DNA of 64,000 nt. It comes from Nitrospirota bacterium (lineage in GTDB: Bacteria > Nitrospirota > Thermodesulfovibrionia > Thermodesulfovibrionales > Dissulfurispiraceae). The stretch covers positions 1-64,000 of the forward strand of contig JBFMCP010000003.1 of NCBI GenBank assembly GCA_040754455.1, in the 5' to 3' direction. Shown in pieces: positions 1 to 8,920 of the stretch (the stretch's first letter is position 1; the number at the start of each line of letters is the position of its first letter). The translations under genes were made by a program, and so were the position numbers. The notes under the pieces are model-generated. The model ran no database searches and was not told where the DNA came from. It saw nothing but the letters and a program-made list of their open reading frames with translations.

Positions 1-195
1 GCGCACAGGACACCTTTTACGTGGGCATCCTTAAGGGTGTGGGCAGGATTTACCAGCAGACGTTCATAGACACTTATGCCAAGGTGCCTTTGCTAAGCTT
101 TACGACCGGAAGAACGCCCTTGTCGCAAAGGAGAAGATGTTAGGAGAAGTGGTAGCTTAATGGGCGGGGTGTCAGATCAAGTCATGGCTACTACA
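1..195 (+). mobile_element. IS481-family insertion sequence remnant (right end; frameshifted and internally deleted transposase)
   Basis: Frame +3 reads AQDTFYVGILKGVGRIYQQTFIDTYAKV. After a 1-nt deletion near 87 it continues FAKLYDRKNALVA, fused to the C-terminal KEKMLGEVVA* (stop 158-160). The end TGTCAGATCAAGTCATGGCTACTACA (170-195) finishes in ACA, as IS481 ends do. Confidence 0.85.
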
Positions 196-207
196 GATGA
201 TGCCTGA

Positions 208-1947
208 TTAGGCCTTCTTTGTCTTGACCTTGCTCTTTTTGGCCCTGCTCTTTACTTTGACCTCGCCAGCAGCCTTCCGCTTGGACTTGGCTCTTACCTT
301 GACTTCGCCGTCGGCGTTTAATTTGGCCTTGCCTCTTGCTTTTGCGACCTTCGCGTCGCCGTTCTTGCCTTTCTTGCCGGTTCGCGCCTTTGCTTTTTTG
401 CCCGATCCCTTGTCCGCGATCTTCTTTTTGTAGACCGCCTTCCGTGCCATGCTCATTTCACTCTTGTCTTCAAGGTCGGGATAAAACTTCTCCTGCGGCG
501 GCAGGATAATTTTATCGCCGGCGCTGATGCGCTCGATGCCGCTCAGGGAATTCATGGCAAGGATTGCACTCACCGGCGTGCCGGTCTTCCGGGCGATCTT
601 CTTGATCGTGTCGCCTTTACGGGCGATATACGTCTCGACGGTAAAGCGCTCGTCCTTCGGGATTGCCGCAAGGTTCTTCTGGAAGAGGTCTGCTGTCCCC
701 GCAGGAATGCGAATAGTGTATTTGGGGACATTCGGCGGCGTAGACCAGCGGCGCAGCTCGGGATTGAGCTCCCGGATCTCCTTCACCGTACATTTGGCGC
801 ACTTTGCGATAATCTCGATGTCTATCGGAGCAGTAATCGTGACCTCATCGTACTCCAGCGGCTCATGGTATTCCAGATTGCTGAAGCCGTACTCTTCAGG
901 GGTGTTGGCGATCATTGTAGCTGCTATGTAGCGGGGCACGTATTCCTTGGTCTCGTCCCTGATCTGCTTGGTGCCGAGAAGTGCCCAGTAGTCTTCTGCA
1001 TCGCTCCTCTTGAGTGCCTTCGATATCCTGCCTTCGCCGGCATTGTAGGCGGCGAGCGCAAGATTCCAAGAGCCGAACATTTTATAGAGGTCTTTCAGGT
1101 ACTCGGCTGCAGCCTTGGTCGATTTCACCGGGTCCTTCCGCTCGTCGCGCCACCAATCAATGACCAGCCCATAGCGCTTGGCGGTAGCAGCGATAAACTG
1201 CCAGGGGCCGACTGCTTTGGCCCTCGAATAGGCGTGCAGGTTAAAGCCGCTCTCCACGATCGGGAGGAACACCAGCTCCTCAGGCATGTTCTTTTCACGG
1301 AGGATATCCTTCATGATTTCCACATACCGCGCCGACCGTTCGAGCCAGACCGAGAATCGCTCCCTGAGTTTATCCTTAAACAGGGCTATATTCTTTTCTA
1401 TCGCTTTTAGTGCAGTCTCGTTATTGGCATGGGAGGTGTCGATGAGGGGTGCCTTGCTCGTGTCCAGTATGCTTGTCGACACGGATGTCTGGCCTTGCTT
1501 GCCAACAGGCAATGCGCTTTTTGCCGTTGCCTCTTTGCTCTGCACGGGAGCACCTTCCGGAGCGGGAGAAGCATTCTTTTCAGCTGCTGGCACTTCAGCA
1601 GCCGGCTGATGGGGAGCCGGTTCTATTTTTGATATTTTTTTATCTTTTGATGGAGATGCGAGAGAGGTGTCCTGTTTGGTTGCTGAAGCATTTGCGGGGA
1701 CGTCTTTGGCGGCCTGATCAGCAGTTGCCTCAGGAGGCGGCACTGAGGCGCCTCTCTGTCCCGCCAGCTCGGCGACAACGGCAATAACAGGAAGTGCCTG
1801 CTCTTCCACCATCACCTTTTGATCGGTAACGTTCCCGGACTCCTCTGCCTTCACAATGTCGGTCGACGATGCAGCAGCAAAGAAGAGGGGGATCAGCAGG
1901 AATGCTATCCAGAAATAAAAAGCACTATAGTTATAATTTTTCCGCAT
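208..1947 (-). CDS. mltD: MltD-like lytic transglycosylase with LysM domain and Lys-rich tail
   Basis: SLT motifs PIVESGF, AVGPWQF, DERKDP, LAAYNAGEG, ETKEYVP; LysM-like YIARKGDTIKKIA; N-terminal hydrophobic segment. Confidence 0.85.
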   Translation of the reverse strand: MRKNYNYSAFYFWIAFLLIPLFFAAASSTDIVKAEESGNVTDQKVMVEEQALPVIAVVAELAGQRGASVPPPEATADQAAKDVPANASATKQDTSLASPSKDKKISKIEPAPHQPAAEVPAAEKNASPAPEGAPVQSKEATAKSALPVGKQGQTSVSTSILDTSKAPLIDTSHANNETALKAIEKNIALFKDKLRERFSVWLERSARYVEIMKDILREKNMPEELVFLPIVESGFNLHAYSRAKAVGPWQFIAATAKRYGLVIDWWRDERKDPVKSTKAAAEYLKDLYKMFGSWNLALAAYNAGEGRISKALKRSDAEDYWALLGTKQIRDETKEYVPRYIAATMIANTPEEYGFSNLEYHEPLEYDEVTITAPIDIEIIAKCAKCTVKEIRELNPELRRWSTPPNVPKYTIRIPAGTADLFQKNLAAIPKDERFTVETYIARKGDTIKKIARKTGTPVSAILAMNSLSGIERISAGDKIILPPQEKFYPDLEDKSEMSMARKAVYKKKIADKGSGKKAKARTGKKGKNGDAKVAKARGKAKLNADGEVKVRAKSKRKAAGEVKVKSRAKKSKVKTKKA

Positions 1948-1987
1948 AGACGCCCGTTAGTTGTACCTTAAAAACAGCAGGAAAGTC

Positions 1988-2038
1988 AAGGAGAGCCGCT
2001 CCCCGCCTTATTTTATCGGCGGAAAAGGGCTCTCCTTT
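1988..2038 (-). terminator. Hairpin downstream of rnfB
   Basis: Inverted repeat AAGGAGAGCC...GGCTCTCCTT with inner CCGCC/GGCGG. Confidence 0.4.
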
Positions 2039-2063
2039 AATGGCGTGTTGTATTCAGTAACCG

Positions 2064-3248
2064 TTATGCCGCTGCAGCCTTCTGCTTCTTGGCAGCAGCC
2101 GCCGCAAGCACCTCGGCCGTATTGAAGGTGCCCTCGATTGCCTGGACAGGGCACTTTGCCGTGCAGATACCGCAGCCGATGCACTTGTCCTGGGCGATGG
2201 TGTGCTTCTTTTTGGGCTCCCCGCTGGCAGCGTTGACCGGACATACCTTAGAGCAGATCTGACAGCCGATGCACTTGTCCGTAACCGCTGCTTTCGGCCT
2301 TTGGGGAATAAAGTCGACAATGGCGCTGGTGGGGCATACACCGGCACACAAGCCGCATACTTTGCACTTGTTGATATCAATCCTCGAAAGGTTGTTGGCA
2401 ATGCCCGGTGCATCAAAGGGACATACCTTGACGCACTTGCCGCAGGCGATGCAGCCCACCTGGCAGTTCTTCCTCACGTCGCCGCCCTTGTCCTTCGAAT
2501 GGCAGGCTACCAACACCGCCTTGGATGCAGGGAGCACCTCGATCACCCTCTTGGGGCAGGTCGCCTCGCATTTCCGGCAACCGGTGCACTTCGTCATATC
2601 AATGACCGGCAGATGATCGTCGCTCATAGTGATGGCGCCGAAGGGGCACACTTTTGCGCAGCTACCGTAGCCGAGGCATCCATAGACGCAGGATTTGTCG
2701 CCGCCGCCGGCGAGCATTGCTGCCCTGCAGTCCTCAACACCTTCATATTTGAATCTCTTGCTCGACTTGCTCCAGCCGCCCTGGCACATCACACGGGCGA
2801 ACTGGGGCTCTTTCATTTCCGCCTTTTTCCCGGTGATCAGGGCCACCTTCTCCGCTCCTTTTGCTCCGGCAGGGATGCAGAGCGTCGGCGGCACATCGGG
2901 ATTATTGACCACCGCTTCTGCGTACTGCTCGCAGCCGGCATAGCCGCAGGCGCCGCAGTGCGCGTGGGCAAGGCAGTCTTTTACCTGTTCGACACGGGGG
3001 TCTATTTGGACGGCAAATCTCTTTGATGCAAAAGCGAGACCTGCGCCGAAGACAGTACCGAGCCCCGCGAGGAACACAAGGGTCCATTTAATCAGAGGAA
3101 CTATATCAATCTTCTCCTTTCCCTCAACACCGCCCCCGACACCGGCAAAAGCGACAGAGGGCTCGAAGAGAGAGAGTGCGGCAGCGCACACTAAAAAGAG
3201 TATAATCACCGTTACTCCTCTTTTGCTTATCCCTGAAACGTTATACAT
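2064..3248 (-). CDS. rnfB: Rnf complex subunit B, polyferredoxin-extended
   Basis: CGACGYAGC motif, CVYGCLGYGSC, and several CxxCxxCxxxCP repeats; last gene of the rnf operon. Confidence 0.93.
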   Translation of the reverse strand: MYNVSGISKRGVTVIILFLVCAAALSLFEPSVAFAGVGGGVEGKEKIDIVPLIKWTLVFLAGLGTVFGAGLAFASKRFAVQIDPRVEQVKDCLAHAHCGACGYAGCEQYAEAVVNNPDVPPTLCIPAGAKGAEKVALITGKKAEMKEPQFARVMCQGGWSKSSKRFKYEGVEDCRAAMLAGGGDKSCVYGCLGYGSCAKVCPFGAITMSDDHLPVIDMTKCTGCRKCEATCPKRVIEVLPASKAVLVACHSKDKGGDVRKNCQVGCIACGKCVKVCPFDAPGIANNLSRIDINKCKVCGLCAGVCPTSAIVDFIPQRPKAAVTDKCIGCQICSKVCPVNAASGEPKKKHTIAQDKCIGCGICTAKCPVQAIEGTFNTAEVLAAAAAKKQKAAAA

Positions 3249-3312
3249 CTTTGCTCCTTTGGTTCATTATACGTTGATTGGTAGTACAAAATTTCTTTTT
3301 CATTATAACATA

Positions 3313-3906
3313 TTACAGCGTAATCAATCCTGAGAAGCCGGTAAACGCAAGCGCTATAAGACCCGTGATCATAAAGGCCATGGGCAGACCCCTGAACGGC
3401 GCCGGGACGTCCGCCAACTCGAGCTTCTCGCGTATGCTGGCCATAATGATGAGCGCAAGCGCAAACCCGATCCCGGAGCCGAGTCCGAAGGCAAGGCTCT
3501 GGATAAAGGTATATTTCTCTCCGGCGCTCACCAGCGGTACTGCCAGGATAATACAGTTCGTCGAGATCAGCGCAAGATAGATGCCCAGTTTATAGTAGAG
3601 CCCGGGAGAAACCTTTCTCATGATGGTGTCGGAGAGCTGGACCAGGCCGGCGATGATCCCGATAAAGACGATGATCTCGAGAAAGGTGATCTCGAGCGGC
3701 ACCAACACCTTGTTGAAGATGACCCAGCTGATCGCAGCACTCACCATCATGACGGCGGTAAAGGTGATGCTCATGCCGACGGCCGTCTCCATCTTCTTCG
3801 AAACACCAAAGAAAATGCAGAGACCGAGGAATCGGGTAAAGACAAAGTTATTTATGAGTGACGCCGATATGACAAGCTGAAAAAGTTTCGTGAATTCCGC
3901 TTCCAT
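3313..3906 (-). CDS. rnfA: Rnf complex subunit A
   Basis: NNFVFTRFLGLC and LISTNCIILA motifs; multi-TM. Confidence 0.95.
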   Translation of the reverse strand: MEAEFTKLFQLVISASLINNFVFTRFLGLCIFFGVSKKMETAVGMSITFTAVMMVSAAISWVIFNKVLVPLEITFLEIIVFIGIIAGLVQLSDTIMRKVSPGLYYKLGIYLALISTNCIILAVPLVSAGEKYTFIQSLAFGLGSGIGFALALIIMASIREKLELADVPAPFRGLPMAFMITGLIALAFTGFSGLITL

Positions 3907-3917
3907 CTTTCTCCTCC

Positions 3918-4568
3918 TTAGTGCGAAGCATGAGCGGGTGCCGCTGCACGCGCACTCGCCTTGGCCTTGGCCCTTGCATCAATCCAGTTGAACAATGCCA
4001 TCAATATACCGACCGCGAAGAACCCGCCGGCAGGCAGTATCATGATCAGGAGCGGTTTTGCGTCGATGAGTGCCGCCCCCCACAACGACCCTTTGCCGAC
4101 CAGCTCCCTGAAAAAGCTGATGACGGTAAGCGCAAACAAAAAGCCGACACCCATGCCGAGGCCGTCGACGATCGACGGCATCACGTCGTTCTTGCTCGCG
4201 AACATCTCCGCCCTTGCAAGAATGGACGCAAACGCAACGATCAATGCGATATAAAGGCCTACTTTGCTATAGACGTCGGGGACAAAGGCGGCCATCACGA
4301 ACTGCGTCACGGTGACCCATCCGGAGATGACCAGCATGAATATCGGCAGTCTTACCTTGGGGTGGATGACCTTTCTCATAAGGGAAATGGTCGCATTGAC
4401 CATGACCTGGACAAACAATACCGCAAGCCCCATGAATATGCCGTTCTTCAGGTTGTTCGTCACCGCAATCGAGGGGCAGAGGCTGAGTGCGAGCTTGAAG
4501 ATCGTATTCTCTTTGACAATCCCGTTTAAAAACTGCTCCTTGAGATTAATGCTGCTGTTGCTTGACAT
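3918..4568 (-). CDS. rnfE: Rnf complex subunit E
   Basis: ENTIFKLALSLCPSIAVT, RAEMFASKN, ILPAGGF motifs. Confidence 0.93.
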   Translation of the reverse strand: MSSNSSINLKEQFLNGIVKENTIFKLALSLCPSIAVTNNLKNGIFMGLAVLFVQVMVNATISLMRKVIHPKVRLPIFMLVISGWVTVTQFVMAAFVPDVYSKVGLYIALIVAFASILARAEMFASKNDVMPSIVDGLGMGVGFLFALTVISFFRELVGKGSLWGAALIDAKPLLIMILPAGGFFAVGILMALFNWIDARAKAKASARAAAPAHASH

Positions 4569-5139
4569 CCGTAGTGCCTCCTCCCTTGATGGTCTTGATC
4601 AGAAAAGCGACGCCGTTCTTCACCGCGTCTTCGGTGACTGCGCGGCTCGAAATCGTTGCCCCCGATATCGCTTCAACGTACTCCGTTGTTTCTGTCTTCA
4701 AAACTTTTAAATGGTCGACATCCTTCCCCTTGAGCCTGTCCTTGAAGTAGTCCAATTCTATTTCGTCTCCAAGACCCGGCGTCTCAGCATGTCCGAGAAT
4801 ATTGATCTTCTGGACGATGAAATTCTTGTCGACGGCGATGAGCGTATTGATATAGCTTGAATATCCTTTCCCGAAAGACTGAACGACATACCCGATGGTA
4901 GCGCCGTCTTTCTTTGCAACAAAATATTTGGCGTGCTTGTCGTGAATGGTCCACTCACCCAATTGGCTAATGTCGTCCGCCTCGGGAATGAGCAGTTTTA
5001 AGGCCTTTTTTTCTGCTTCCACACTGTTCTTGAATATCAGCGGAGATGCCTTTGCATAGGCAAACGCAAGGATAAACCCGCCGACGAGATAGACGATAAC
5101 GAGATTGAGGGTTATCTTGATGATATCTTTGCCGGTCAT
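4546..5139 (-). CDS. rnfG: Rnf complex subunit G (FMN-binding)
   Basis: HAETPGLG and the ISGATISS flavinylation motif. The likely ATG at 5139 overlaps the rnfD stop (ATGA). Confidence 0.93.
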   Translation of the reverse strand: MTGKDIIKITLNLVIVYLVGGFILAFAYAKASPLIFKNSVEAEKKALKLLIPEADDISQLGEWTIHDKHAKYFVAKKDGATIGYVVQSFGKGYSSYINTLIAVDKNFIVQKINILGHAETPGLGDEIELDYFKDRLKGKDVDHLKVLKTETTEYVEAISGATISSRAVTEDAVKNGVAFLIKTIKGGGTTDVKQQQH

Positions 5140-6161
5140 TTCGTCGCCTCCTTCGCTTTGGCCGGTTTCACTGCCCCGAAGACCTTTGTCTTGAACCCTC
5201 GGTCGATGAGAGGAGCGAAACAGTTCATGATGAGAATGGCGAACATAACACCCTCGGGGTACCCGCCTTTCAAACGGATGAGCATGGTAAGGAATCCGCA
5301 ACCGACGCCGAAGAGGATCTGGCCCTTCTTGACCGAAGGACAGGTGACATAATCGGTTGCCATGAAGAAGGCGCCGAGGAGCATACCGCCGCTCATCAGG
5401 TGGACGATCGGGTCACCGGCAAAGAGCGCACCCTTGCCGCCGAACACCCATGCCATGGCTGCGGCAGTGCCGAGGAAGGATATCGGTATGTGCCACGTGA
5501 TATACCCTCTGTAGAGGAGAAAGGCTGCGCCGATGAGCAGGGCTATCGAAGAGGTCTCCCCGATCGAGCCGGCCCGCTGACCTACGAAGAGCTGGGAGTA
5601 GAGGTTGATCTTGTCTCCGAAGACCTCCATGAGTTTTGCGACGCCCTCTTCCTTCAATATACCGAGCGGTGTCGCCGTGGTGACCGCGTCCATTTTTACG
5701 AAGGCTGCTTCGGGCTTGATCCAGATCGTCATCAGTTTCGGGAATGAGATGAGCAGGAAGGCACGACCGATCAGGGCAGGATTGAAGACATTGAACCCGA
5801 GCCCGCCGAAGAGCTGCTTGGTGATGACGACAGCGACAAAGGAACCGATGATCGGGATATAGAACGGTACCGATGCCGGGAGGTTCATGCCGAGCAAGAG
5901 GCCGGTGAGGACCGCGCTGCCGTCGTTGATCATGATTTTTCTGTGTAACGCCTTTTGGTACGCATACTCGAACAGCGCTGCGGAAATAATAGAGAGGGCA
6001 AGAGTAATCATTGCCTTTGGCCCGAAGAAATACGCCCCCATAATCGCAGCCGGAAGCAGGGAAGCACTGACGCTCCACATGATCCTGCTCGTCGTCTCCT
6101 CGCTCTTCACATGAGGGCTCACTGAGACGATGAGTTGATGCTCTTTTTTTATTGTTTCCAT
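5136..6161 (-). CDS. rnfD: Rnf complex subunit D
   Basis: KQLFGGLGFNVFNPALIGR, DAVTTATPL, FFMATDYVT. Confidence 0.95.
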   Translation of the reverse strand: METIKKEHQLIVSVSPHVKSEETTSRIMWSVSASLLPAAIMGAYFFGPKAMITLALSIISAALFEYAYQKALHRKIMINDGSAVLTGLLLGMNLPASVPFYIPIIGSFVAVVITKQLFGGLGFNVFNPALIGRAFLLISFPKLMTIWIKPEAAFVKMDAVTTATPLGILKEEGVAKLMEVFGDKINLYSQLFVGQRAGSIGETSSIALLIGAAFLLYRGYITWHIPISFLGTAAAMAWVFGGKGALFAGDPIVHLMSGGMLLGAFFMATDYVTCPSVKKGQILFGVGCGFLTMLIRLKGGYPEGVMFAILIMNCFAPLIDRGFKTKVFGAVKPAKAKEATK

Positions 6162-6187
6162 AGAAACTCCCCTTACAATTATTTCAT

Positions 6188-6262
6188 TGTTCAGCGTTCA
6201 TCGTTCATGGTTTGCCGTTCCTTGTCTTTGCGGTGAACGGTCAACTATGAACCGTGAACGAG
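6188..6262. repeat. Heptamer-repeat palindromic element between rnfC and rnfD
   Basis: Left units gttcagc/gttcatc/gttcatg/gtttgcc are the inverse of right units gtgaacg/gtcaact/atgaacc/gtgaacg. Confidence 0.7.
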
Positions 6263-7570
6263 CTACGGTTTCACCTGCGACTTTGCAAGCCTTACCAGTT
6301 GCACGATCGGTCTCTTCGACGGGCAGACGAACGTGCAGGTCCCGCACTCGAAGCAGTCGAAGAGATTGTACTCTTTTGCCTCCTCGTAAAAGCCCCTCTC
6401 GGACAGCACGCTGAGCATTGAGGGCATGAGGCCCATCGGGCATACGTCGATGCACCGCCCGCAGCGGATGCAGGGGCCGAAATCCTCGGTATGGAGCACA
6501 CCCTCTTCGGGGAGGACAAGGACGCCGGAAGTTCCTTTGGTCACCGGCACATCAAGCGAGTACATGGCAAAGCCCATCATGGGCCCGCCCGATATCACCT
6601 TTGCCGCCTCGCCCTTGAACCCGCCGCACTCCTCGATAAGATCAGCAACGAGCGTGCCGATCTTCACCATAAGGTTCTTGGGCTCCTTTATCCCCTCGCC
6701 GGTAATGGTCACTACCCTCTCGATGAGCGGCTTGCCGTAACGGGCAGCCTCATAGACGGCAACCGCCGTACCGATGTTCTGCACCACCACTCCCGCATCC
6801 ATGGGAAGGCCCCGTGCCGGAACCTCCCGGTCGACCGTAGCCTTTATGAGCATCTTCTCGGCACCCTGGGGATACTTTACCTCAAGGGCGCATACTTTTA
6901 TGTTAGGTTCACCGGAAACCGCCGCCTCTATTGCTTTAATCGCATCGGGCTTGTTGTTTTCGATGCCGATAACCCCTCTGTTTACGCCGACGATCTTCAT
7001 CAGGACCTTTAATCCCTCGACTACATCCTTCGGACGCTCGACCATAAGACGGTAATCTGCGGTGAGATAGGGCTCGCACTCAGCGCCGTTCAGTATGACG
7101 ACATCAACGGGCTTTTCTTTCGGCGGGGAGAGTTTGACATGAGTCGGAAATGCTGCGCCTCCCATGCCCACGATTCCCGCATCCCTCACTTTTCCTTTGA
7201 GCTCATCAGGGGAAAGCTTCAGGTAGTCAGGATTGTCCTTGAGTGTGGCCCATTCCTCTTTGCCGTCGTTTTCGATTACTACCGAGGTAGCCGTCCTGCC
7301 GGTCGCAAGGGGGAACTCACCAATGGCAACAACCTTTCCTGATACCGAAGAGTGGACAGGTGCGGAGACAAACCCTTCGGGGGTGCCGATAACCTCACCT
7401 TTCTTCACTTCCTGCCCTATGGTGACGCTCAGCTTGCACGGTGCACCGATGTGCTGCGCCAGGGGGATAACAACTCGCTTCGGTGGTTTTGCAGGGGAAA
7501 TGGCTTTGTCTTTGGAAAGTTCCTTCTTGTCAGGCGGGTGAATACCTCCTTTGAATGTTGCTAAAGACAT
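6263..7570 (-). CDS. rnfC: Rnf complex subunit C
   Basis: FKGGIHP, GIVGMGGAAFPTHVK, NGAECEPYLTAD, two 4Fe-4S motifs. Confidence 0.96.
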   Translation of the reverse strand: MSLATFKGGIHPPDKKELSKDKAISPAKPPKRVVIPLAQHIGAPCKLSVTIGQEVKKGEVIGTPEGFVSAPVHSSVSGKVVAIGEFPLATGRTATSVVIENDGKEEWATLKDNPDYLKLSPDELKGKVRDAGIVGMGGAAFPTHVKLSPPKEKPVDVVILNGAECEPYLTADYRLMVERPKDVVEGLKVLMKIVGVNRGVIGIENNKPDAIKAIEAAVSGEPNIKVCALEVKYPQGAEKMLIKATVDREVPARGLPMDAGVVVQNIGTAVAVYEAARYGKPLIERVVTITGEGIKEPKNLMVKIGTLVADLIEECGGFKGEAAKVISGGPMMGFAMYSLDVPVTKGTSGVLVLPEEGVLHTEDFGPCIRCGRCIDVCPMGLMPSMLSVLSERGFYEEAKEYNLFDCFECGTCTFVCPSKRPIVQLVRLAKSQVKP

Positions 7571-7600
7571 TTGAAGGTTCCTCCATTTCAGGGAGAGTAT

Positions 7601-7622
7601 ATACTCAATAAAGTTTTGAGTA
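7601..7622. promoter_or_regulatory. Palindromic putative operator upstream of rnfC
   Basis: TACTCAA-N7-TTGAGTA in the AT-rich rnfC upstream region. Confidence 0.35.
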
Positions 7623-7818
7623 GTACATTAGTTAAGCCTTTAAGTAATACCATGTTATAAAGAAATAAGTCAAGCTTATAGGGGAATTATTGACTGAATT
7701 TATTGAAAAAATAAAGGAATGTACCTTTGAGACAAAAGAGAGGGGTGTTGCTTTCCTGAGGGTTGCTGACAGCAACGTTTGCTCATTATATAGTTATAAT
7801 GACCAAAGGAGGTAGATG

Positions 7819-8154
7819 TTATTCGGCTTTTCTCACCATACTGGCCATTTTGCTTCGCTCCATCAGCAACTCACTCAGGACCTCCCTCATGAGCGCGCAG
7901 GCATCGATCACTTTGGGATTGGCGATTTTATAATAGATATTCACGCCGTCCCTCCTGCTTTTCAGTATGCCCTTGAGCCTCATGACCGCCAGATGCTGCG
8001 ATACGTTCGCTTTCGGAGTGCCGAGGATATCGACCAGCTCGGTGACTGTCTTCTCTCCCTCTTTCAGAGCATTGATGATCTCAATTCTCTTCGGGCTGGA
8101 GAGCACTTTGCAGACTTCTGCCTGAAGTTCGTATATGGATTTTTCTCTTTTCAC
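7819..8154 (-). CDS. ArsR/SmtB-family transcriptional regulator
   Basis: LSSPKRIEII...EKTVTELV...ANVSQHLAVMR winged HTH; GTG start. Confidence 0.9.
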   Translation of the reverse strand: MKREKSIYELQAEVCKVLSSPKRIEIINALKEGEKTVTELVDILGTPKANVSQHLAVMRLKGILKSRRDGVNIYYKIANPKVIDACALMREVLSELLMERSKMASMVRKAE

Positions 8155-8160
8155 TCTTTA

Positions 8161-8190
8161 ATTGTATTACTAAATCAGTATAAAGGTCAA
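8161..8190 (-). promoter_or_regulatory. Sigma70-type promoter of arsR gene (leaderless-type)
   Basis: TTGACC-N18-TACAAT, 6 nt before GTG; no SD. Confidence 0.55.
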
Positions 8191-8217
8191 TAATTAACAG
8201 GTTGTTATCATCCTAAA

Positions 8218-8862
8218 TTACTCTTTCCAGCCATGCTCTCCTATAAGCGGCACAAACACACAGGGAATGCTATACTCCTCAACCAGGACGCCTCTCCTTT
8301 TCTTTCCTTTGATCAGCACCTGGGAAAACCGCTCGCCGACCGGTGCAACAATGATCCCCCCTTCCTGCAATTGCTCGATGAGCGGTGTGGGGATTTCGGG
8401 AGCCGCAGCAGTAACGAGGATGCCGTCAAACGGCGCCTGCTCAGGCAGCCCCTTTGTTCCGTCACCGACGACGACATGGACGTTATCGTAGCCGAGCTCT
8501 CTCAGTCGCTCCTGGGCCCTTGCACCGAGAGAAACAACCCGTTCGATCGTATACACCTCGCGCGCCAGTTCACCCAGAATCGCTGCCTGGTATCCTGAGC
8601 CGGTGCCGATCTCGAGGACCCGCTCATCGCCCTTCAGCTCCAGGAGCTCCGTCATGACCGCCACCATATACGGCTGTGATATGGTCTGTCCCTCGCCGAT
8701 GGAGAGCGCGGTATCGTCGTAGGCACTGTACCGCAGCATCTCCGGGATGAAAAGGTGGCGGGGAACGTTCCGCATTGCGGCAAGGACCCGCTCGTCCTTG
8801 ATCCCCCTCGGAATGAGCTGGGAATCGACCATCAGATTTCTCAGCAATCTGTAATCTTCCAT
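8218..8862 (-). CDS. pcm: Protein-L-isoaspartate O-methyltransferase
   Basis: GQTISQPYMVA, VLEIGTGSGYQAA, FVPLIG. Confidence 0.96.
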   Translation of the reverse strand: MEDYRLLRNLMVDSQLIPRGIKDERVLAAMRNVPRHLFIPEMLRYSAYDDTALSIGEGQTISQPYMVAVMTELLELKGDERVLEIGTGSGYQAAILGELAREVYTIERVVSLGARAQERLRELGYDNVHVVVGDGTKGLPEQAPFDGILVTAAAPEIPTPLIEQLQEGGIIVAPVGERFSQVLIKGKKRRGVLVEEYSIPCVFVPLIGEHGWKE

Positions 8863-8920
8863 ACCACATTATAGCGTTTATCGCGTTATTGCGTTGAGCA
8901 CTATTAAAAAGTCTCTTGCG

